From Mangrovibacterium sp. (GTDB lineage Bacteria; Bacteroidota; Bacteroidia; Bacteroidales; Prolixibacteraceae): a stretch of DNA of 64,000 nucleotides. The number at the start of each line of letters is the position of its first letter. Within the stretch, counting starts at the first letter, position 1. Of this stretch, positions 1 to 8,308 are shown one piece after another. The stretch is taken from positions 117,907 through 181,906 of the forward strand of contig JBKEDC010000012.1 in the NCBI GenBank assembly GCA_047975205.1. The letters run 5' to 3'. The notes under the pieces are model-generated. The model was given only the letters and a program-made list of their open reading frames with translations. It did not search any database and was not told the origin of the DNA. The position numbers were made by a program, and so were the translations under genes.

Positions 1-2082
1 TATAAATTTGAAAGATTAAGTTTTTTTCAGTTATTAAAAAATCGAAGTATTGAAATTCCTATAATTCAGCGAGATTATGCACAAGGTAGAGCAAAAAAAG
101 AAAAAGTACGAAATGATTTTTTAGATGCTCTAAAAAATGCATTAATAGGAAATCCTATTGAACTTGATTTTGTCTATGGTAGTGAAGAAAATAATATTTT
201 ACAACCTTTAGATGGACAACAAAGACTCACAACTTTGTTCCTTTTACATTGGTTTCTTGCTAATAAAGAAGGAGCATTAGAGGAAGCAAAAGAACACTTA
301 TTAAAGTTTACTTATGAAACCCGCACAAGCTCCCGAGAGTTTTGTCAAGAATTGATTTATAAAAGTATTAATTATGAAAATCTGTTGCCAATTGATGAAG
401 AAAAGAAAATAACAACAGACAATCAATTATCAGAAACTATAAAAAATGCCTCTTGGTTTGTTATTTCATGGAAAAACGACCCAACTATTTCCGCAATGCT
501 GATTATGCTTGATGCAATTCAAGCTAAATTCAAAGATAGTTCACATTGGTGGCTAGAATTGACAGAAACAGAAGAAGATAAATGTCCTATTACTTTTCTT
601 TATATCAAATTGGAGAATTTTGGACTTTCCGATGACTTGTATATCAAAATGAATGCTCGAGGAAAAGCGTTAACACCATTTGAGAATTTTAAATCTCGTC
701 TTGAGAAGCATATTAAGGATAACGGCTGGGAAAAAGATATTACCAATCCGCAAGAAATGTTTGCTCACAAAATAGATACTGTTTGGACAGATTTGTTTTG
801 GCAGTATAAAGGAAAAATTAAACGAATAGATGATAGTGGAGAAGTCTCTATTGAATACAAAATAGACGATAGATTAACTAATTTTATTACTGGAATAGCA
901 ATCAATTATTATGCTCAATATTTAGAAATACAGTTAGATAAAGATGATGAAGAGAAAATAAGAAAGGAACTTGAACAAAAAAGTAGAACAAAAAATATTT
1001 CGAAAAATGCTGTAAAACGAGAAAGAGTTGAACGAAGAATGATTACTTTGTTCAATAATCCCGACGAAATTATCCCATCTGATTTCCCTACAAAAGAATC
1101 ATTTAATTATCTGGTAAATTGCTTAAACCTGTATTCTCGCGATAATTATTCAGAATTAAAATCGGATGTTGATTTATGGAATTTTTGTGAAGAAACACTT
1201 TTTAAAGATATTATTAAAAGTAAAAAAACAAAGTGGCAAAGTAGAGTTCTTTTTTATACGCAAACAGTATTTTTATTAAATACTGATATTTATAAAAATT
1301 CTTTCAATGATTGGATGCGTGTAGTGCGAAATATTGTAGAAAATTCAACGATTGATAGTGCTACTACTTTTATTTCAGCAGTAAATTTAATTCACGAGCT
1401 TTCTAATGGTTGTTCCAATATTTACGAATATCTTTCAAATAATACAGTCAAAGCAGGACACGCAGAATATCAAGTAAAAGAAGAAATTGAAAAAGCAAAA
1501 ATAATTATTGCTAATCCTGATGCAAAACAACTTATTCACGATACAGAAGATACAAATTTCTGTAGAGGAGAAATTGATTTTGCTTTGTATTGTATTGATT
1601 ATGATATTGACGAAAATCCTGAACTAACAACTTTTAATAAAAATAAATTAGACAAAACACTTAATGTTATCAAATCCCATTTTGAAAATGATGACGAATA
1701 CGAATTATTTGTTAGAGTATTTTTAACTATAAAAAAGAACGATTATTATAAATGTTGGTGGCAATGGTCATATAGTTTTAAATGTAGGAAAGGAGACCTT
1801 TATAGTCCTACAGGTATGAAATATTTTGCACAAAGTAAAAATTGGCATAGAGAATATTTGAAAGATTTATTTACCCAATTGATTGATAAAGGTAATTTTA
1901 AGCAAATTATAGATGATTATATTATTCCTACAGATATGCCGAATTGGAAACAACGACTAATAAAAGACGAAAATTTGCTAAAAGGTGCTACATTTATTCT
2001 TGTCCCTGATGATAATTCATATTGTAAATTGGCTTGGCAACAAAGACCAAGCAGAGAAGACCAAGTAAAGAAAATTAAATAA
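1..2082 (+). CDS. DUF262 (ParB/Srx-fold, GmrSD N-terminal-like) domain protein; the 5' end runs off the window
   Basis: Frame 1 is open from nt 1. Translating 1-234 gives ...IEIPIIQRDYAQGR... and ...LDGQQRLTTLFLLHW, the two signature DUF262 motifs. IKMNARGKALTPFENFK matches the central DUF262 motif. The ORF-track start at 235 is an internal TTG. Stop is TAA at 2080-2082. I recognised no DUF1524/His-Me nuclease motif in the C-terminal half. Confidence 0.8.
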   Translation, partial: YKFERLSFFQLLKNRSIEIPIIQRDYAQGRAKKEKVRNDFLDALKNALIGNPIELDFVYGSEENNILQPLDGQQRLTTLFLLHWFLANKEGALEEAKEHLLKFTYETRTSSREFCQELIYKSINYENLLPIDEEKKITTDNQLSETIKNASWFVISWKNDPTISAMLIMLDAIQAKFKDSSHWWLELTETEEDKCPITFLYIKLENFGLSDDLYIKMNARGKALTPFENFKSRLEKHIKDNGWEKDITNPQEMFAHKIDTVWTDLFWQYKGKIKRIDDSGEVSIEYKIDDRLTNFITGIAINYYAQYLEIQLDKDDEEKIRKELEQKSRTKNISKNAVKRERVERRMITLFNNPDEIIPSDFPTKESFNYLVNCLNLYSRDNYSELKSDVDLWNFCEETLFKDIIKSKKTKWQSRVLFYTQTVFLLNTDIYKNSFNDWMRVVRNIVENSTIDSATTFISAVNLIHELSNGCSNIYEYLSNNTVKAGHAEYQVKEEIEKAKIIIANPDAKQLIHDTEDTNFCRGEIDFALYCIDYDIDENPELTTFNKNKLDKTLNVIKSHFENDDEYELFVRVFLTIKKNDYYKCWWQWSYSFKCRKGDLYSPTGMKYFAQSKNWHREYLKDLFTQLIDKGNFKQIIDDYIIPTDMPNWKQRLIKDENLLKGATFILVPDDNSYCKLAWQQRPSREDQVKKIK

Positions 2083-2092
2083 GTACAGTTAA

Positions 2093-2124
2093 AAAACAAT
2101 CCCAATGTTTTCAGGGACTGTTTT
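2093..2124 (+). terminator. Possible intrinsic terminator after the DUF262 gene
   Basis: aaaacaatccc (2093-2103) pairs with gggactgtttt (2114-2124) with one mismatch and a 10-nt loop. A T-rich tail (cattttcg) follows. It starts 11 nt after the stop codon. Confidence 0.35.
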
Positions 2125-2170
2125 CATTTTCGAAAATACAACTACGTCATGCTTTGTCTTACTCTCAATT

Positions 2171-2178
2171 TACCTTTG
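2171..2178 (+). promoter_or_regulatory. Bacteroidota-type -7 promoter element (TAnnTTTG) for the AAA+ ATPase operon
   Basis: TACCTTTG at 2171-2178, with 17 nt between the box and the ATG at 2196. The same geometry is seen upstream of rsfS and the HAD gene, and with 19 nt upstream of folP and the SLC13 gene. The motif is frequent by chance in A/T-rich DNA, so only its position supports the call. Confidence 0.35.
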
Positions 2179-2195
2179 TCAAAAAAGATAGGTTT

Positions 2196-3869
2196 ATGGA
2201 AAGTATCACAAAGAAACAAATTCTGGAAAGCATTGGGAAAGTGTACGAACAATCAAAAAATTGTAAGCTTGAAAATTTATTTTTTGAAAGCATAAAATCT
2301 GAACTACATACGCTTTCCCAATATTTCAAAACGTCAGAGAATCAAACCTTTTTTATTGCAATGGTTTTTGCTCTAAACTACAAAGGGGACACTGTTGATT
2401 TAAACGATTTAATAGATTATTTTGAATGTAATCCAATGAAAATTTTGGAATACAGCGATGATTTTGAGTACTTACACAAAGTTGGGATTTTTGAAAAAAA
2501 GAAATCGAGACACCGTGTGAAGTTAGCAGGAGCTAATGACCAATTTGTTATTCATGAAAAAATCACAGAAGCCATTTTGCAAAACAAACCTTTGCCCAAA
2601 ATCAACGAGAATAAAATAAGTGGTATAATAGATTTGTTAGAACAGTTATACAAATTGGGCGATCAACGAGACGATGATAAAATTTCAACCTTTGAACTAT
2701 TTTGGGAAGTTGATAAATTGATTTTAGATAATGCGCATTTTCCGTTAATAGAAAAAGTAAAACAATTCAGTTTAAGTACAGAAGACACTTATCTTTTTTT
2801 ATACTTGATATGGAAAACAGTGTCAGGAAACGAATCTACAGATATTGGAAGAGCTTTGGATGGTATTTATGATAGTTCATCAGAGAGAGTAAATGAAATA
2901 CAAAAATTGTTGTCTGGCAATCATATCCTTATCAATAATAATCTGATTGAAATTATAGAAGCTCAATTTTTCAATGATACCGAAATGAAATTGACGGATA
3001 CTTCTCTTCAACTTCTGAATGATTGTGACATTAAACTTTTTCTAAACAAAAAGAGAAAAGATAATATCATTGTTCCTTCGGAAGTTGTTTATCGTAAATT
3101 GGTTTTTGATAATGAGGAGATGAATCAATTAGAAACGCTTCAAAATTTACTTCAGGAAGCTAAATATCATGAAACACAGATAAGGTTGACAAATAAAGGT
3201 CTACCCCAAGGAATTGCAGTTTTATTGCACGGTGCACCTGGAACAGGAAAAACCGAAATTGTAAAACAATTAGCAAAAGCTACAAACCGAGAAATAATGA
3301 AAGTAGAAATCAGCCAGTCAAAATCTATGTGGTTTGGCGAAAGTGAAAAAATCATTAAACGTATTTTTACGGATTACAGAGCATATGCAAAAGAATCTAA
3401 ACTAACGCCTATTTTATTCTTTAATGAAGCGGATGCCATTATTTCTAAAAGGAAAGAAAACAGTAATTCCAATGTAGCTCAAACTGAAAATGCTATTCAA
3501 AATATTATACTGGAAGAGCTTGAAAACTTTGAAGGTATTTTAATAGCAACTACCAACTTAGCTAATAATTTGGACACTGCTTTTGAACGAAGATTTTTAT
3601 TCAAATTACCTTTCAACAAACCTACAAAAGAGGTAAGAGCTAAAATATGGAAATCAAAATTACCACATTTAGATAATGAGAGTTGTCAATTGCTCGCAGA
3701 TAAGTTTGACTTTTCAGGCGGACAGATAGATAATATTATTCGCAAAAGTGAAATACAGGAAATTGTTCATGGCACTGTGACTAATTTTGAACAAATACAG
3801 TCATTTTGTAATGAAGAATCCATCAGTATAAATAGAACTAAAATTGGATTTGGCTATGCACACGATTAA
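2196..3869 (+). CDS. AAA+ ATPase (classic-clade AAA module at the C-terminus) with an unassigned N-terminal region of about 330 aa
   Basis: Walker A is LLHGAPGTGKTE. The Walker B region is ILFFNEADAI, with N-E where FtsH in this window has IIFIDEIDA. Sensor-1 is IATTN, and AFERRF is arginine-finger-like. I prefer the ATG at 2196 (MESITKK) because the ORF-track TTG at 2154 lies upstream of the putative -7 box. Confidence 0.85.
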   Translation: MESITKKQILESIGKVYEQSKNCKLENLFFESIKSELHTLSQYFKTSENQTFFIAMVFALNYKGDTVDLNDLIDYFECNPMKILEYSDDFEYLHKVGIFEKKKSRHRVKLAGANDQFVIHEKITEAILQNKPLPKINENKISGIIDLLEQLYKLGDQRDDDKISTFELFWEVDKLILDNAHFPLIEKVKQFSLSTEDTYLFLYLIWKTVSGNESTDIGRALDGIYDSSSERVNEIQKLLSGNHILINNNLIEIIEAQFFNDTEMKLTDTSLQLLNDCDIKLFLNKKRKDNIIVPSEVVYRKLVFDNEEMNQLETLQNLLQEAKYHETQIRLTNKGLPQGIAVLLHGAPGTGKTEIVKQLAKATNREIMKVEISQSKSMWFGESEKIIKRIFTDYRAYAKESKLTPILFFNEADAIISKRKENSNSNVAQTENAIQNIILEELENFEGILIATTNLANNLDTAFERRFLFKLPFNKPTKEVRAKIWKSKLPHLDNESCQLLADKFDFSGGQIDNIIRKSEIQEIVHGTVTNFEQIQSFCNEESISINRTKIGFGYAHD

Positions 3870-4419
3870 AATAAAAGACCAAAACATTTTATTGTTATCA
3901 GATACGCATGGTAAACATCGTTTAATCGATATTCCTAAAAATATTCAGATTGTAATTCATTGTGGAGATATTTGTAATGCAGGAGATATGGATGAAATTT
4001 TTGATTGGTATGTTAAATTAGAAATACCACATAAAATATTTATTCATGGAAATCACGATTTACCTTTCGAATTAGAACCAGAATGGGGTAAAAAATTGAT
4101 ACCCAAAAACATTATATGGTTAAATGACGAATCGATTGTAATAAGTGACATAAACATAATGGGAATAAGTGCTTTCCCTTTTTACAAAGGAATCGAAACG
4201 AAAAATAAAATCGATATCATTGCATTACATTATCCTCCTCACGGTATTTTAGATAATGGGTTTGGCAGTAAAGAAATTAGTGATTTTGTATTTCAGTTTG
4301 AGCCAAAGTACCACATATTTGGACACAATCATTCCAACTATGGGATAGAAAAACACAAAAACATTCAGTATATTAACGCATCTATTTATCATAAGTTATG
4401 TCAAAAAGAGAATCAATAG
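3856..4419 (+). CDS. Small calcineurin-like metallophosphoesterase
   Basis: All five metallophosphoesterase motifs are present in order: LSDTHG (DxH), HCGD (GD), HGNHD (GNHD), LHYPPHG (H) and FGHNH (GHxH). The ATG at 3856 overlaps the ATPase stop (3867-3869) by 14 nt. Confidence 0.85.
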   Translation: MHTIKIKDQNILLLSDTHGKHRLIDIPKNIQIVIHCGDICNAGDMDEIFDWYVKLEIPHKIFIHGNHDLPFELEPEWGKKLIPKNIIWLNDESIVISDINIMGISAFPFYKGIETKNKIDIIALHYPPHGILDNGFGSKEISDFVFQFEPKYHIFGHNHSNYGIEKHKNIQYINASIYHKLCQKENQ

Positions 4420-5300
4420 CAAGGTATAATCTCATTATAAAAAAATTAAGAAAGCGACCTGCGACATTTGCCGAAATTGAAGAATATCTTGCCTTGGAAT
4501 CAGAAATTCAAGCCTACAATTTCAATATTTCAAAGCGTACATTTCAACGAGATAGAGACGACATTCGGTCTTTGTACAATATTGATATTTTGTTTGACTT
4601 TTCTAAAAAAGTCTATTACATAGATTTTGACGAACAACCCGAAGCAAACGAAAGGATATTGGAAGCTTTCGATACATTTAATGCTTTAAATTTAACAGAT
4701 AGGCTTTCTAAGCATATTCATTTTGAAAAGCGAAAACCTCAAGGTACAGAACATTTGTATGGAATACTTCATGCTATTAAAAATCAGATTCAAATAAAAT
4801 TTGTGTATCAAAAATATTGGGAAGACGAATTGACTGAAAGATTAGTAGAACCGTATGCACTGAAAGAATTCAAAAACAGATGGTATGTCTTATCAAAAGA
4901 TTTAGTAGATAACAAGATAAAGAATTTTGCACTTGACCGTTTAACAGATTTGGGAATTTTGAATAAGAAATTCAACTTTCCAAAAGATTTTGATATAAAT
5001 GAACATTACAGGTACTGCTTTGGTATTATCAGTCCGAACGATCATCAGCCAGAAGATGTAGTACTTTCTTTCAATGCATTTCAAGGGAAATATATCAAAT
5101 CATTACCGTTACACGATTCTCAACGAATTCTGATAGATAATGAAGATGAATTGAGAATACAGCTTAAGCTATTCATTACACATGATTTCTTTATGGAACT
5201 CTTATCCTTTGGAGAAAACCTTAAAGTACTTAAACCTCAAAGCTTGATTGATGATTTAAAATCAACTGTTAGGAATATTCAAAGTATATATGAAAAGTAG
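4398..5300 (+). CDS. WYL-domain transcriptional regulator (N-terminal HTH plus WYL)
   Basis: The N-terminal segment ARYNLIIKKLRKRPATFAEIEEYL is winged-HTH-like. The central RWYVLSKD...FALDRL is the WYL-domain core. The ATG at 4398 overlaps the phosphoesterase 3' end by 22 nt. Confidence 0.8.
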   Translation: MSKRESIARYNLIIKKLRKRPATFAEIEEYLALESEIQAYNFNISKRTFQRDRDDIRSLYNIDILFDFSKKVYYIDFDEQPEANERILEAFDTFNALNLTDRLSKHIHFEKRKPQGTEHLYGILHAIKNQIQIKFVYQKYWEDELTERLVEPYALKEFKNRWYVLSKDLVDNKIKNFALDRLTDLGILNKKFNFPKDFDINEHYRYCFGIISPNDHQPEDVVLSFNAFQGKYIKSLPLHDSQRILIDNEDELRIQLKLFITHDFFMELLSFGENLKVLKPQSLIDDLKSTVRNIQSIYEK

Positions 5301-5483
5301 AGATTGCATAAATATATTGATAAAGAAAAATTAAAATTTTGTATATTTGCTATGAGCTAACGGAAACACGTTGAAAATGAAAAGCAAAGCAATAAGCACC
5401 GTTACCAAATCGTTACCTGACTTTTTTGATAATCTTTACAAAAGCTTAGTATTCAACCAATACAGCTTTTTCCTGAAAACTTT

Positions 5484-5516
5484 AAAATAAAAAAGATAGA
5501 GACTTGCGTCCCTATC
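5484..5516 (-). terminator. Intrinsic terminator of the phosphohexomutase gene
   Basis: On the minus strand, gatagggacgcaagtctctatc (5516-5495) is a hairpin with one internal mismatch. It is followed by TTTTTTATTTT (A-run at 5484-5494 on the plus strand). It lies 33 nt after the stop at 5549. Confidence 0.5.
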
Positions 5517-5548
5517 CTTTACCATAATGTTTCTTATTTTGGGTCAGC

Positions 5549-7291
5549 CTAGACTAAACCAAGTTCTTGCATGATATTGTCTATTTTTTCTTCAGCAGCA
5601 GCTTCCAATGTATCAAATTCATCTCTTGAGTTCATCGGAGCGGCAATCTCAAAGTAGAATTTAATTTTGGGTTCTGTACCGGAAGGACGGACAGAAATTT
5701 TAGTTCCATCTTCAGTAAAAAATTGCAATACATTTGAAATAGTCTTTTGATTGATTTTAAGCTCTTCACCGGTAATCATATTTTTTTCTACTAATGTACT
5801 ATAATCTTTAACTGATTTTAAACGGCTTCCGCCCAGTGTTGCCGGAGGTGTCTGACGGAAATCAACCATCATTTGTTTGATTTCATCAGCCCCTGTTTTT
5901 CCCGGACGAACAATATACTTCATCTTTTCTTTAGAGTGACCATATTCCAAGTAAATATCTTGGATAAGCTCATAAAGTGTTTTACCTTGTTCTTTAGCCC
6001 AAGCCGCAATTTCACCCATTAAAGCACAAGCAGAAACGGCATCTTTATCACGAACGTAATCAGATGGCATAAAACCAAAGCTTTCTTCGCCTCCTCCAAT
6101 ATATTTTTTTACACCTTCATTGTCACGAATTACCTCAGCAATATATTTGAATCCGGTATAAACATCAAAGAATTCAATACCATTTGCGCGAGCGATATCA
6201 GCAATTTTTTCTGTCGATACGATTGTTTTTACAATAAATTCATTGCCCTTGAAAGCGTTTTTCTCTTTCATCCGGGTAATAATATAGTAGATAAACAACA
6301 AAGCTGTTTGGTTTCCGTTTACGATGATATATTCTCCTTTATCGTTTTTTACAACCACACCGATACGGTCTGAGTCAGGATCTGAAGCCATTACTACATC
6401 AGCATCAACTTCGTAAGCTTTTTTGATAGCCATTTCCATAGCTGCAGGTTCTTCCGGATTAGGAGAAACTACGGTAGGAAAGTCACCACTTACTACGTCT
6501 TGCTCAGGGATATTGATAATATTTTCAAATCCGAAAGCACGGAAAGCTGCCGGAATTAATTTTACACCGGTTCCATGAATAGGAGTGTAAATAATTTTAA
6601 GATCTTTATGCTTAGCCACAATCTCAGGAGCAAGTGATACTTTTTTCACTTCTTCAAGGAACTTGGCGTCAACTTCTTCTCCAATGATTTCAATAAGCTC
6701 CGGGTTTCCTTCAAAGTTAATAGCTGAAGCTGTTACTTTAGCAACTTCATCAATGATATTTACGTCGTGAGGACTTACAACTTGAGATCCGTCATCCCAA
6801 TATGCTTTATATCCGTTGTATTCTTTGGGATTGTGAGATGCGGTTATGATAATACCTGATTGACAGCCGAATTCACGAATTACATATGATAATTCAGGAG
6901 TTGGACGAAGGTCTTCGAAGAGATATACTTTAATTCCGTTAGCAGAAAATATATCAGCACTTTTTTCAGCAAATAAACGACTATTATTGCGACAGTCGTG
7001 CCCTATGGCAACTTTAATTTCATCAAGGTGTGCAAAATTCTTTTTTAAGTAGTTACTCAGTCCTTGAGTTGCAGCACCTACGGTGTAAATGTTCATTCTA
7101 TTTGATCCGGCTCCCATGATTCCGCGAAGGCCTCCGGTTCCGAATTCAAGGTCTTTATAAAATGAATCGATAAGATCTGTTTTATCTTCAGATTCGATCA
7201 TTTTTTTTACCTCTTTGCGTGTAGTTTCATCATATACATCGCTTAGCCATGTTTGAGCCTTTTTAATTACAGGGTCTAAATTCTCTGACAT
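5549..7291 (-). CDS. pgm: Phosphoglucomutase/phosphomannomutase-family phospho-sugar mutase
   Basis: 580 aa. It has the phosphoserine loop TASHNPKEYNGYK, the metal loop ASDPDSDR and the sugar loop GGEESFG. Confidence 0.9.
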   Translation of the reverse strand: MSENLDPVIKKAQTWLSDVYDETTRKEVKKMIESEDKTDLIDSFYKDLEFGTGGLRGIMGAGSNRMNIYTVGAATQGLSNYLKKNFAHLDEIKVAIGHDCRNNSRLFAEKSADIFSANGIKVYLFEDLRPTPELSYVIREFGCQSGIIITASHNPKEYNGYKAYWDDGSQVVSPHDVNIIDEVAKVTASAINFEGNPELIEIIGEEVDAKFLEEVKKVSLAPEIVAKHKDLKIIYTPIHGTGVKLIPAAFRAFGFENIINIPEQDVVSGDFPTVVSPNPEEPAAMEMAIKKAYEVDADVVMASDPDSDRIGVVVKNDKGEYIIVNGNQTALLFIYYIITRMKEKNAFKGNEFIVKTIVSTEKIADIARANGIEFFDVYTGFKYIAEVIRDNEGVKKYIGGGEESFGFMPSDYVRDKDAVSACALMGEIAAWAKEQGKTLYELIQDIYLEYGHSKEKMKYIVRPGKTGADEIKQMMVDFRQTPPATLGGSRLKSVKDYSTLVEKNMITGEELKINQKTISNVLQFFTEDGTKISVRPSGTEPKIKFYFEIAAPMNSRDEFDTLEAAAEEKIDNIMQELGLV

Positions 7292-7309
7292 ATCTCGTAA
7301 TTTTATGTG

Positions 7310-8173
7310 TTATTGTGTTTTTAAGATGTTAATGCATGCTTTTAGGCTATCTCGCCAGTATGGGATTTCAATTCCATAAGTATTTTTAATTTTACTCTTG
7401 TTCAAAACACTGTATGATGGTCTCTGAGCAGGGGTGGGGTAGTCTTTGGTTTCAATAGGAAATACTGTACAACTAATTTTGCCAATTTCATGAATTTGTT
7501 TTGCAAAATCATACCAACTAGCTACTCCCTCATTTGAATAATGATATATTCCGGGGTGCCAATTATCTTCGGTTTGTTTAATAATTTCAAGAATTGTTTG
7601 GGCTAGATCTAAGGCATAAGTCGGAGTTCCTATTTGATCGCTGATAACGCTAAGTTTTTCGCGCTCCTCTCCCAACTTAAGCATTGTTTTTACAAAATTC
7701 TTCCCAAAGGCAGAATATAACCAGGACGTGCGAATAATAACTGCTTCCGGATTTTCCTTAATTAATGCAATTTCTCCGTTCAGTTTTGTTTTTCCATAAA
7801 CAGAATTAGGGCCAACCAAATCATCTTCCGTGTAAGGCACGCAAGCTGTCCCGTCAAAAACGTAATCTGTTGATACATGGATAACCTTAGTCTTGCTGAT
7901 TTTGGCTATGCTGCCGATATATTTTGGAATAGAAACATTGATGAGTTCAGCTAAGTCAGCGTCGGTTTCTGCTATATCTACAGCTGTATAAGCCGCACAA
8001 TTAACAATGAAGTCCGGTTGATTATTATCGCAATATCGTTTGAGTGCTTGGAAATCGGTTGCATCTAATTCCTGAACATCTGTGAATAGAAATTCAAAGC
8101 TGCTTTCTTGGTTTGATAGATATTTTAGTTCAGAACCAAGCTGACCGTTTGACCCAATAACAAGTATCTTCAT
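7310..8173 (-). CDS. rfbD: dTDP-4-dehydrorhamnose reductase
   Basis: 287 aa. It has an N-terminal Rossmann motif, MKILVIGSNGQLGSEL, and STDYVFDG plus YGKTKLNGE (YxxxK). Length and pattern are typical of RmlD. Confidence 0.85.
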   Translation of the reverse strand: MKILVIGSNGQLGSELKYLSNQESSFEFLFTDVQELDATDFQALKRYCDNNQPDFIVNCAAYTAVDIAETDADLAELINVSIPKYIGSIAKISKTKVIHVSTDYVFDGTACVPYTEDDLVGPNSVYGKTKLNGEIALIKENPEAVIIRTSWLYSAFGKNFVKTMLKLGEEREKLSVISDQIGTPTYALDLAQTILEIIKQTEDNWHPGIYHYSNEGVASWYDFAKQIHEIGKISCTVFPIETKDYPTPAQRPSYSVLNKSKIKNTYGIEIPYWRDSLKACINILKTQ

Positions 8174-8308
8174 AGACTAATAAATTTACATGAAATGTTG
8201 TTGTGTGTCGTGTGATTTACATAAAGTCAAATATAAGAATAATTTACGGGGGATTTAATGTATTCGTACATTAAACCTTTCAAATAAATCCTTTATATAA
8301 TGTAGTAC

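Noticed and set aside
8254-8275. 9-bp hairpin tttaatgta/tacattaaa after pssA
   Set aside because: The stem is short and A/T-only, and no clear U-tract follows on the transcribed strand. That is too weak to call a terminator.
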